Translations under genes and position numbers: made by a program
The notes under the pieces: generated by a model
Told to the model about the DNA's origin: nothing
The model's input: only the letters and a program-made list of their open reading frames with translations
Databases searched by the model: none
IMG/VR virus record: IMGVR_UViG_3300030090_003175
Location: 1-46,752 of that record
DNA length: 46,752 bases
DNA from: a virus
Taxonomy: Duplodnaviria; Caudoviricetes
Reading direction: 5' to 3' (one strand)
In this document: in pieces, positions 1 through 8,124 of the stretch
How positions within the stretch are numbered: the stretch's first letter is position 1
Layout of the letters: every line of letters begins with the position of its first letter

Positions 1-254
1 TTTATGTAAGGTTTTCCATCTGTGCATCCTACTTCATATACAAAAAGTATTGTTTTCCAAAATCCTACTCTTACTACACGAGCAGGCCTATCATCAAATA
101 TTATTACATCATCAGTATTTAAATCATCTCCAGCAAAGACTTTTATTGCCTCTATTGTTGATTCAATTGTCTTTCTTCCAATTAAGAACACGAAAGCTAT
201 AGCAGCCATCCAGCCATATTCGCCAATTAAATTTTCTATAACTTCTTGTTCCAT
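1..254 (-). CDS. Partial copy of the MscS-like small membrane protein (allelic variant of 46084-46449), truncated by the window edge
   Basis: MEQEVIENLIGEYGWMAAIAFVFLIGRKTIEST...; 4 amino-acid differences from copy B; GGAG RBS. Confidence 0.8.
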   Translation of the reverse strand, partial: MEQEVIENLIGEYGWMAAIAFVFLIGRKTIESTIEAIKVFAGDDLNTDDVIIFDDRPARVVRVGFWKTILFVYEVGCTDGKPYI

Positions 255-557
255 AAATCTCCATATATTAACCCTCTATGAGATTTCCCCATAAAGTTGT
301 TTTTCCTTTTATAATTTCTACAACTTGTACATTAAAATTACCATTTTTAAAAAAATCTACTATAGCAAATGCGTGATTCCAATTAGTCAATCTACCACCA
401 AGCCAATCTTCATCAGCTTCTATATCTTTTAAACATCCTAAACTCCAAGCGCTAATTGTACCACCTCTATTAGTTTTAGTATGCCTTTGCAAATCATGCG
501 TATGTCCATACATGATACTTTCGCCATAAACATCCAAATGTTTAAATGAGTGATATT
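1..557. repeat. Imperfect terminal direct repeat, copy A (matches 46196-46752)
   Basis: Manual ungapped alignment at offset 46195 gives about 35 mismatches in 557 nt. The first 77 nt are identical. Confidence 0.95.
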
Positions 558-1047
558 TTGATACAAATTTTCCATGTGTAAAATTAAGTTTACCTATTTT
601 TAAATTATCTTTTTTATTGTAAGGATGAAATTTATAACCTCTTTCTTTAAGTTTTAATGCTTGTTCTGTTTTATAGTGTTCTAAATAAGGATACCTAACT
701 ACAAATTTATCAAGCCAAACTTCATGATTACCTTGAACAAAATGTCTTTTTTTACATTTAACTTTATCTAAAGATTTGTCAATTATATCCATTCCTTTAT
801 TAACCGCTTTTACATCTTTATTTAACAATGGTATTAAATCTTCCATTGGTTTAGCATTTCTACCTTTCCAATAATGAGTACTAAAATATTCCCATTCACC
901 TGTATCTCCTAAATCAATATACATTGTAGGTTTTACAATTTCAATAGCTTGACATACTACATTAATTGCTTTTTTATCATGTATAGGAAAATGTTTATCA
1001 GGAGTTACTATTGCTCTATCAACAATGTTGTTTTGCAATTTCGCCAT
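268..1047 (-). CDS. Calcineurin-like metallophosphoesterase
   Basis: Motifs DxH (PDKHFP), GD (DLGDTGE), GNHE, HG and GHTH occur in canonical order. Confidence 0.9.
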   Translation of the reverse strand: MAKLQNNIVDRAIVTPDKHFPIHDKKAINVVCQAIEIVKPTMYIDLGDTGEWEYFSTHYWKGRNAKPMEDLIPLLNKDVKAVNKGMDIIDKSLDKVKCKKRHFVQGNHEVWLDKFVVRYPYLEHYKTEQALKLKERGYKFHPYNKKDNLKIGKLNFTHGKFVSKYHSFKHLDVYGESIMYGHTHDLQRHTKTNRGGTISAWSLGCLKDIEADEDWLGGRLTNWNHAFAIVDFFKNGNFNVQVVEIIKGKTTLWGNLIEG

Positions 1048-1072
1048 AATTACCTCGTTTTATTTCAAAAAA

Positions 1073-1252
1073 CTACTTTTTCTTAGCTAAGTTTGCATCC
1101 GCTTTTTCGTCATCCAAACCATCATACACCATGCTAAGTGCTTCTTCAAATGCTTTTAATTTACCAAGAGTTGTAAAATACACTTGAAAAGCTTGCCTTT
1201 CTTGCTGTTTAAGTTCTTCAATCTTTTCTTCTAAAGATTTAGTATCGCTCAT
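1073..1252 (-). CDS. Small coiled-coil protein, 59 aa (not in the ORF track)
   Basis: MSDTKSLEEKIEELKQQERQAF...AKKK*; AGGGG RBS; fills the gap in the operon. Confidence 0.75.
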   Translation of the reverse strand: MSDTKSLEEKIEELKQQERQAFQVYFTTLGKLKAFEEALSMVYDGLDDEKADANLAKKK

Positions 1253-1269
1253 ATTATCCCCTTTTTTTA

Positions 1270-1902
1270 TTATAGTCTAGGTACAGACAACACTCTTACT
1301 GCTGACCTTCTACTTCTAAACTTTTTAACTTTTGCTTCATACATTTTTCTAAAGTAATCTGCAAATTGAAAATCTTCATCATTTTCATATAACCTAGCTT
1401 TAACATAACAAACAACAGCATTATGTAATGCACTATCTAATCCTAAATCACTTTGTAAATTGTTACCTGTTGCTGTAGCTTCTTCGTATTTAGAGTGATA
1501 TGTTATTCTTATTCCATTATCAACAAACAATGATGAGAAAGTTCCTGTTTCATTTGTAGCTGAACTACTTGATGAACGTGTCATTGTAAAAGTATTTACA
1601 TTTGTTACAGTAACCGATTGACTAGCTAAATTATCATCATTAAAATTTGTTGTACCAGATATACTTATTCTATCTCCTGTAACAAGACCATGGTCTGCAC
1701 TACATGTAAATGTTATTGTAGTACCTGAACAATCTGCATCACTTATTGTACCACTTAAATTACCAGCTCCTTGAAATGTATCATACTTATCAGATGTGCT
1801 ATTATCTGTTGATGTAGTATCTTGACATAATATTGCAAGCCTATTATCATCATTATAATAAACAAAATAATCATTAGGGTATGTTCTTTTATTTGTTGCC
1901 AT
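1270..1902 (-). CDS. Virion protein: C-terminal half of a head-tail adaptor with an inserted beta-rich (FCCH-like) module
   Basis: C-terminal LHNAVVCYVKARLYENDEDFQFADYFRKMY resembles podophage adaptor C-termini. Internal TFTCSADHGLVTGDRISISG...VTNVNTFT module. Confidence 0.6.
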   Translation of the reverse strand: MATNKRTYPNDYFVYYNDDNRLAILCQDTTSTDNSTSDKYDTFQGAGNLSGTISDADCSGTTITFTCSADHGLVTGDRISISGTTNFNDDNLASQSVTVTNVNTFTMTRSSSSSATNETGTFSSLFVDNGIRITYHSKYEEATATGNNLQSDLGLDSALHNAVVCYVKARLYENDEDFQFADYFRKMYEAKVKKFRSRRSAVRVLSVPRL

Positions 1903-1911
1903 AATACATCC

Positions 1912-2265
1912 TTACGTTAATGAGTCATCTGCGCCACTAGAATCTGTAAATGTTTCAGCAGTTGAATTAGAATCTGTATCAGCTTTTAATATTTTATGTG
2001 GGTCAGCTAATTTAGGTATCATTACATATCTACCATTTGAATTTAATACTTCAACTCTAAGTATATCAATCATATCATCAGACAATGTATACCATCTTTG
2101 TTTTGTTTTTAAATCAGTTGTGACTTCTTTTGTATAATGTTGTTTTTTTTCTGATATATCAAGTAATGCATCATTAATTAATCTTAGCATATAAGAATCA
2201 GAACCTGCACCTACAGATTCATTTACATCATCAATAATATCTTGAACTGTTAAACTTTTTGCCAT
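1912..2265 (-). CDS. Head-tail adaptor, N-terminal half
   Basis: LTVQDIIDDV...LINDALLDI...QRWYTLSDDMIDILRVEV pattern of podophage adaptor N-termini; lies downstream of the head genes. Confidence 0.6.
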   Translation of the reverse strand: MAKSLTVQDIIDDVNESVGAGSDSYMLRLINDALLDISEKKQHYTKEVTTDLKTKQRWYTLSDDMIDILRVEVLNSNGRYVMIPKLADPHKILKADTDSNSTAETFTDSSGADDSLT

Positions 2266-2267
2266 AA

Positions 2268-2471
2268 TTATTTATTCCTGTCTGCAATATCTTGCTCTAT
2301 TGTTGTTTGACTAAACTCTACTTTTGTTTGACCGCTCCAAGTATTTCTCATATTAATATAATCTGATATATTTCCAGATGTACCAAATACATTACCACAT
2401 ACACATTCCTTTATAGTATCCTTAGGTACTTCGGTTCTTCTTGAGCATTTATGACAATAATATATTCTCAT
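2268..2471 (-). CDS. Small zinc-ribbon protein
   Basis: CHKC...CVCG. Confidence 0.7.
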   Translation of the reverse strand: MRIYYCHKCSRRTEVPKDTIKECVCGNVFGTSGNISDYINMRNTWSGQTKVEFSQTTIEQDIADRNK

Positions 2472-2926
2472 TTTCCTACTTTTTTCATTGCTTTTTTGTG
2501 TGATTTATTAAAAGAACTGCCTTTATGCATATCTTTTTTCATCATATCCATATGAGCTTTAGAATGGCCCTTGCTATGTTTTTCTAACTTTTCAACTTGA
2601 CCACCATGTTTCATATACATACCTTTATCCATATGCATCATACCACCATGACCCATTTTCATTTTTGCTTTTCCACCTTCTTTCATATATCCCATTTTAT
2701 TTCTTACATCTTTAGGTAGTTTAGATAATCCAGGATTTTTATTTGAATCTACAGGTTTTAATGCTTTGCCACCATCTTCATATTTTTTCATTTTGCCACC
2801 ATACATCATCATAGGTCTTTCCATTCCTATCATACTGTATCCAGTTTTACCACCACCTGCATATTCTTTAACGCTTCTTTTTGAACCGTCTTTTTCAGGT
2901 AGATTATTTTTTTTTGATTTTAACAT
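2468..2926 (-). CDS. Basic Met/His/Lys-rich protein with repeated [YM]xxGG motifs; probable internal head protein
   Basis: YAGGG, MMYGG, YEDGG, MKEGG, MGHGG, MKHGG; His-rich basic C-terminus. Confidence 0.7.
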   Translation of the reverse strand: MLKSKKNNLPEKDGSKRSVKEYAGGGKTGYSMIGMERPMMMYGGKMKKYEDGGKALKPVDSNKNPGLSKLPKDVRNKMGYMKEGGKAKMKMGHGGMMHMDKGMYMKHGGQVEKLEKHSKGHSKAHMDMMKKDMHKGSSFNKSHKKAMKKVGK

Positions 2927-3573
2927 TATTTTTTGCTCCTATTTCTTGCATCAGTTGTTGGATAATTGTAATTATTTTCATTCGGTAATTTACCATTTTC
3001 ATTTATATATTCCAAAACTGGTTCTGTTTTTTTGTTTACTGATTTCTTTTTTATTATATATTCGCCACCTTCAACTTCAATTGGTATTCCACCTTTTTCA
3101 TGTGAAGGCCCTTTTAATTTGCCACCTATTTCATAAACACCTTTGCTTCTCATTGATTTTTTTAAAGAATCAGAGTATTTTGCTTTTACATTTCCTGATT
3201 TAGTGGCTTGTCTTTTCTTTTTATTTTCAGCAGCTTTTTGTCCTGGTGACATTGCATCTCTTACTTTTTTAGGTAAATATCTATCACCTTTTTTCCCTGA
3301 TACATTATCCCAATCTTCTCCTGTCCATTGGTCTAAAGAGCGTTGAGATTCTGCTTTACCACCACTTTTATACTTAGGCATAACTTTTCCACCTTCTTCT
3401 TTATAACCACCACCAGCAGATTTGTAAGCTTTTGCAAGCATTTGTGCTTTACGCGCACTCCAAACTCCAGGAGGCCCACCTTTTGAACCAGCTTTAATTC
3501 TCTGAAATATACGTTTACGCATTCCTGGTTTTGTATAATTACCTGCTTTATTTACCGTACTTTTTTTGCTCAT
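2926..3573 (-). CDS. Basic DUF5872-like protein with GG motifs
   Basis: YTKPGMRKRIFQRIKAGSKGGPPGVWSARKAQMLAKAYKSAGGGY and SLDQWTGEDW...RYLPKK blocks, recalled as DUF5872; C-terminal GPSHEKGGIPIEVEGGEYII module. Confidence 0.7.
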   Translation of the reverse strand: MSKKSTVNKAGNYTKPGMRKRIFQRIKAGSKGGPPGVWSARKAQMLAKAYKSAGGGYKEEGGKVMPKYKSGGKAESQRSLDQWTGEDWDNVSGKKGDRYLPKKVRDAMSPGQKAAENKKKRQATKSGNVKAKYSDSLKKSMRSKGVYEIGGKLKGPSHEKGGIPIEVEGGEYIIKKKSVNKKTEPVLEYINENGKLPNENNYNYPTTDARNRSKK

Positions 3574-3806
3574 TACTCCTCCTCAGTCCAATCAGATTTT
3601 TTAAGCTCTGCTAATATTTCACTATGACTATAAATAGTTAATCCGTCAAAACAACTTGGAGTATTACCATTCCATTTTAATACAGCCTTACTGCCATCTA
3701 ATGTTTTTCTTAGTGTATCCATAGATGATTGTATTGCACTATCTATCATTTCATCTGTTATATCAGATACATTTACTATAACCCATTTTCTATTAGAATA
3801 ATCCAT
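3573..3806 (-). CDS. Small hypothetical protein coupled to the LamG gene
   Basis: 77 aa; stop/start overlaps with both neighbours. Confidence 0.75.
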   Translation of the reverse strand: MDYSNRKWVIVNVSDITDEMIDSAIQSSMDTLRKTLDGSKAVLKWNGNTPSCFDGLTIYSHSEILAELKKSDWTEEE

Positions 3807-4942
3807 TATGGTGTATCTCCTTCTATATCATTAGCAGACATATTATTAAAAAGTGCTGGACTACCATTTATTTTTCTTAAAGTAATATTGTCCCAATATA
3901 AAATATCTCCATTATCAGGATTATTTAAAGCATTACCAAATAATTTACCTGATGTATCAGATGTTCCTGTCATTGTTACATTTGAAATATATTGCCATTG
4001 ATTTGTTAATGATGAATCACCTTTTATAAATGTATGTGAATAACCACCAAATGTTCCACCAGTAGTAAAAAATGGTTCTAAATTACTTGCACCATTACTA
4101 CTTGGAATGTAACAATATCCTTCTATTAAATACATAGAATTTGTTTCAAGAGTAAAATTATTAGTTGTTTTAAATGCCCAATCATTTGTTCCATCAAATG
4201 TTGTCTTTAAAGAACCTGACCCTGAATAAACTATTGATGTTTCATGTGATACAGTACCACTACTATAATCATCCCAACCAGTAATATTTGAATCAAAATT
4301 AGGGTTTGTTAATATATTACTACTAACTGTTGAATTAGTTGAATCTGTTATAAGTGGATATTTATCTAAAGGATTATCACCCATTCTATACCAAGCCTGT
4401 AAATTACCTGATGCTACACCTTCTTTGTGATTATAAGGTTCTCTACCATTATATATGGTTTTAACTTGGTTAGCAGATAATGTAGAATTGTATATTGCTA
4501 CTTCAGATATATTTCCTTCAAAATAACCACTTGAATATCTACCTATGTAAGATGCTCTTGCACCATTACCTAATGTTGTATCTGTTTCTGTGTCTACTAA
4601 AACACCATTTAAATAAATTTTATTTTCTCCTGCATTATGAGATACTGCAATATGTGTCCATTTATTTAAAACAGAATCAATAGTTACATTAGAAGAAGTT
4701 CCTGAAACATCACCCCATACTCTTAAATCAGTTGCATCTTGAAATCTAATCATAAAATCACCAATAATTATAACAGGTGCAATTTGACTTGCTTTCAATT
4801 TTACCCAAGCAGTTACAGCTATAACATCACCTGAATTGGTTTGACTTCCTAAATATAAATAATCATTAGTACCATCAAATGCTACTGAGAACTCATCTCT
4901 AAATACATCACCACTTCTTGTTACTATGCTTTTAGCAAACAT
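3806..4942 (-). CDS. LamG/concanavalin-A-like virion protein with an inserted CBM4/9-like domain
   Basis: FDGTNDYL, WTHIAVS, KIYLNG, FEGNISEVAIYNSTLS, LQAWYRMGD; then NILTNPNFDSNITGW...LYWDNITL. Confidence 0.85.
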   Translation of the reverse strand: MFAKSIVTRSGDVFRDEFSVAFDGTNDYLYLGSQTNSGDVIAVTAWVKLKASQIAPVIIIGDFMIRFQDATDLRVWGDVSGTSSNVTIDSVLNKWTHIAVSHNAGENKIYLNGVLVDTETDTTLGNGARASYIGRYSSGYFEGNISEVAIYNSTLSANQVKTIYNGREPYNHKEGVASGNLQAWYRMGDNPLDKYPLITDSTNSTVSSNILTNPNFDSNITGWDDYSSGTVSHETSIVYSGSGSLKTTFDGTNDWAFKTTNNFTLETNSMYLIEGYCYIPSSNGASNLEPFFTTGGTFGGYSHTFIKGDSSLTNQWQYISNVTMTGTSDTSGKLFGNALNNPDNGDILYWDNITLRKINGSPALFNNMSANDIEGDTP

Positions 4943-5448
4943 TAATCTTTTACCACACCAAATTTAAAGATAATATCTTCACCTGAACCAATAACAATAT
5001 CACCACCACTTACATTAACTACACCATATTTTAAATTTTTAGAAGTAGATACAGCTTTCATAACAAGACCAATATTGCCTTTTGTGCAAACTTTAGCACC
5101 ACCAATATCTGTCCAATTAGAAAGTTCAACAATAGCTACACTATTGTCTGCTACTGCATCTGCTGCATTAATTGCATTACCAACTGTTCCTAAATCAGTT
5201 GCACCTGTATTAGTTATTATAACATATATAGTACCGCCAGTATCTGATGTATCTATTGCAGTTATAGATTGTAAAATACAAGAACCACCATTAACTGCTA
5301 CTGCATTGTCAATAGTTTTACCTTCTGCCATTAAATCACCAGTTGAATAAGTTGCTTCTGCTATGTCAGGTGTAGAACCAATTAAATCAACATCCATTGA
5401 GTTTATTTTTTCAACAACCGTTCTTCCGTGTATATCTGTTTCTGCCAT
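4942..5448 (-). CDS. Putative virion structural protein
   Basis: 168 aa, acidic and beta-rich; AAGGAG RBS; in the head-gene cluster. Confidence 0.65.
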   Translation of the reverse strand: MAETDIHGRTVVEKINSMDVDLIGSTPDIAEATYSTGDLMAEGKTIDNAVAVNGGSCILQSITAIDTSDTGGTIYVIITNTGATDLGTVGNAINAADAVADNSVAIVELSNWTDIGGAKVCTKGNIGLVMKAVSTSKNLKYGVVNVSGGDIVIGSGEDIIFKFGVVKD

Positions 5449-5462
5449 TTTATTCTCCTTTC

Positions 5463-5598
5463 GAGTGTACTTTAAGGTCTTGACTTGACCGTGAATGTAC
5501 TCTTATTATTAAAAAATTTTTAGTAGATTCGGAGGCTACCCTTTATACGATAACCTCCATAGTTCTACAAAACTATTAATCCTTATTGATTCGGATTA
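5463..5598 (-). ncRNA. Structured intergenic RNA element (three consecutive hairpins)
   Basis: Stems 5577-82/5593-98; 5531-40/5549-58 (10 bp, G-U pairs valid only on the minus-strand transcript) inside 5523-27/5564-68; 5463-5502 with inner GGUC/GACC. Confidence 0.55.
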
Positions 5599-6036
5599 TG
5601 ATGTTTGGATACCATTGTTAATACTACTAAACGCAGTAAACACATATTCGTCTCCATAATACATTACTTCAACAACATCGCCTCTTTCAGCAGTTGTGTC
5701 AAGAATAATATTAGAAACTTGTGTTCCTGCTGTAGAATTAGCAGCATCACCACCAGCATCTTTATTAACACCACTTAGTATAGCACTTCCTGCTGCAATT
5801 GTAATATCTGCTGTAGGAGTTTCTTCCCATACAATAAATTTACAATTCCAACCTACTTTATTTTCAGTTGCAGGAGGTAATGTTATTTCGTAAGCTCCAC
5901 CTGATGACTCACACATAAACACTTTTCCACTATCAGAAAGATTTAATGTTTTTGCCGCAGATACAAGCTCTACATCTTTAACATCGTGTACTTTACCATA
6001 ACTATTACTATTTGAGTTTAATACATCACTTCTCAT
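5596..6036 (-). CDS. Putative capsid decoration or head-fibre protein
   Basis: Start re-assigned to MRSDVLN (GGAGG RBS, 1 nt after the capsid stop); KTLNLSDSGKVFMCESSGGAYEITLPPA beta-rich motif. Confidence 0.6.
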   Translation of the reverse strand: MRSDVLNSNSNSYGKVHDVKDVELVSAAKTLNLSDSGKVFMCESSGGAYEITLPPATENKVGWNCKFIVWEETPTADITIAAGSAILSGVNKDAGGDAANSTAGTQVSNIILDTTAERGDVVEVMYYGDEYVFTAFSSINNGIQTS

Positions 6037-6037
6037 T

Positions 6038-7384
6038 TTACACGCCCTCCAAGTTAATAAGTGCATGAGTTTCAGGAAGACTTATTTCAAGACCTGCTTC
6101 TGTAAGAATCATATCTTTTCTTAAATCTTCATCAGCTTGTTGCACATTTGTTGTTATTGAAGTATCACGATTTATTCCATTTCCAACAAGAGGTCTATAA
6201 GCAACGTGGTCAAGGTCAACCATCATCATAAATCCAGCAGAAAAACCTCTGAATAATGATTCAGCAACCAATGTTACATCACCATGGATTGTTTGAACTT
6301 TATTAACTAAATGTCCAAACGCACCTTGACTTGCTGGGAAGTTATAACGAGATTCACCTGCTAAACTACCATTAATAAAGTCACTAGCACCTAGTTTGTT
6401 GAAATGAGATATTACTGGTCTTGAAGCTAAAGCTAACTTAGCTCTTCCACCACCTCTAGCAGGGTCAAATATTACTTCAAAATCAGAAAGCATATCATCA
6501 TAAGTCCATTCTGATGCTGCATTTGATTTATAATATGGAAGACCTGAATTGTAAGATAGTTGAGCACCATTGTTTACGACTTGAGCATAACCATTTTTAA
6601 TAGTTGAACCAACAATACCATCAGTATATTGAATACCACCTGAAGTACCTTTTTGACCAAATAACATTGCTCTTTCAATATCTACTTTATGCTCTCTTAA
6701 TTTAAGATTCCAAATTCTTTGGAACTCATCAGCATAACCTCTGTAGATTGTTGCTCTTGCAGTATTAGTCATTTCACAAGCAGTTTTAAAAATTTGGGTA
6801 TAACCTAAATCATGGTCAAGCTCTTGTGAAAATACATCTGGCGCACCTGAACCTTGTTCAAATGATGTACCAATAACTGTACATTTTGAGTCATCAGCTA
6901 ATGCTAATGTAGTTGAACCAACATGTGATATTGCAGTCACACTACAAGTAGTTTGACCACTTACTGAATTATCAACTGTATTAATTCTAACATTTGCAGT
7001 TGTTGGAACAGAATTACCGTCAACATCTCCAATTGCTACAACCATACCAGGTATTAACCAATCAACACTTGCAGCTCCTGCTGTATCAAAAACTACACTA
7101 TCATTACTTCCTTCAGCAACTAAAGTTATACCACCTTTTAATAAAAAACTTCTATCGGTCATATGAATTTTAGTCCTGTCTTCCAAAAATCTGAATTGTG
7201 AATCAGATGTTGGAACTTTTGCCACTTTAGACAGATATACAAAAAATGGAGATTCCTCAGGACTTAAATCAGCGACTCTATCACTAAAATCATATAAACG
7301 TCTTGACGCATTTGATAATGATAATGCTGTTTGCGACCCAGGAGTTCCAAATTTAACCTGCCCAGAATTATATTTCTCTGACAT
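6038..7384 (-). CDS. Major capsid protein (HK97 fold, SU10/DUF5309-like)
   Basis: LSPEESPFF, YTQIFKTA, EHKVDIERAMLFG, DMILTEAGLEI...HALI; follows portal and scaffold. Confidence 0.9.
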   Translation of the reverse strand: MSEKYNSGQVKFGTPGSQTALSLSNASRRLYDFSDRVADLSPEESPFFVYLSKVAKVPTSDSQFRFLEDRTKIHMTDRSFLLKGGITLVAEGSNDSVVFDTAGAASVDWLIPGMVVAIGDVDGNSVPTTANVRINTVDNSVSGQTTCSVTAISHVGSTTLALADDSKCTVIGTSFEQGSGAPDVFSQELDHDLGYTQIFKTACEMTNTARATIYRGYADEFQRIWNLKLREHKVDIERAMLFGQKGTSGGIQYTDGIVGSTIKNGYAQVVNNGAQLSYNSGLPYYKSNAASEWTYDDMLSDFEVIFDPARGGGRAKLALASRPVISHFNKLGASDFINGSLAGESRYNFPASQGAFGHLVNKVQTIHGDVTLVAESLFRGFSAGFMMMVDLDHVAYRPLVGNGINRDTSITTNVQQADEDLRKDMILTEAGLEISLPETHALINLEGV

Positions 7385-7400
7385 TTTATTTCTCCTTTAA

Positions 7401-8123
7401 TTACAATACATTACTTCGACTACCAGCTTTCACAATACCTTCCCATACAGAATCTTTTTCATCTTTTTTAATCGGTTGCTCACCTGATAAAATACCAGCT
7501 TGTTGAGGAACTGATTGATTTTGACGAATAGCATCTAATGGGTTTTCGTTACTTGCTTCGGTCTTATCTTGCGTTACAGCTTGCCACATGTTAATAGCGC
7601 CATCAATGCCATATTCTGCAGGATTTTTACTAGCAAAATCCATAAATGAATTAATTTGCTCTTGATTTAATCCTCTGTTAGAAAGTTCAGTTTGAAGTTT
7701 AGACATACCAACTTCTTTTTTAACTTCACTTACTTGGCTTTGAACACGTTTTTCAACTTCAGCATCTTGTAACTGTTGTCGATATTTAAACGACACAGAC
7801 GATGGGTCATTAAAGGCTTCCCAAGGGTCAAACTCATCCTTAGATAATTCAATTTTTTCAGTTTGTGCAGTTGGTTGACCACCCTGAACCATACCAGTAA
7901 TGGTATTTACTATATCAGGTCTTGATTCCAACATTTGACCAATCTGTTCATATTGTTTTAACTTTTGGTTTTCAGCATGTAGTTTATCTTTTTCTGATTG
8001 AAAATACTTAGCTTGAGATTCCCAATCATTATTAGATTCTTGCTGTTGAGTTGCTTCATCTTGCCCTACATTATCAGTAACTTGACCTTCTTCAAGATTG
8101 TTATTTTCTAATGCGTTATCCAT
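7401..8123 (-). CDS. Capsid scaffolding protein
   Basis: Start re-assigned to MDNALEN (AAGGAG RBS); acidic N-terminus and coiled coil; between portal and capsid. Confidence 0.8.
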   Translation of the reverse strand: MDNALENNNLEEGQVTDNVGQDEATQQQESNNDWESQAKYFQSEKDKLHAENQKLKQYEQIGQMLESRPDIVNTITGMVQGGQPTAQTEKIELSKDEFDPWEAFNDPSSVSFKYRQQLQDAEVEKRVQSQVSEVKKEVGMSKLQTELSNRGLNQEQINSFMDFASKNPAEYGIDGAINMWQAVTQDKTEASNENPLDAIRQNQSVPQQAGILSGEQPIKKDEKDSVWEGIVKAGSRSNVL

Positions 8124-8124
8124 T

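Noticed and set aside
22-294. Plus-strand ORFs opposite the structural genes (also 2766-3203, 5075-5350, 34646-35056, 38973-39329, 46217-46489 and others)
   Set aside because: Antisense shadows of real genes with no RBS; substitutions between the terminal copies are mostly synonymous in the minus-strand frame.
1-557. True direct terminal repeats, or a DGR template/variable pair
   Set aside because: The repeat begins and ends mid-gene, mismatches are mostly synonymous and not adenine-specific, and no reverse transcriptase is present.
5463-5598. Self-cleaving ribozyme
   Set aside because: No hammerhead (CUGANGA/GAAA) or other recognisable catalytic core.
6030-6066. Programmed frameshift fusing the capsid to the downstream decoration protein
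   Set aside because: The downstream frame is open for only about 10 codons, has its own GGAGG RBS, and there is no slippery heptamer.
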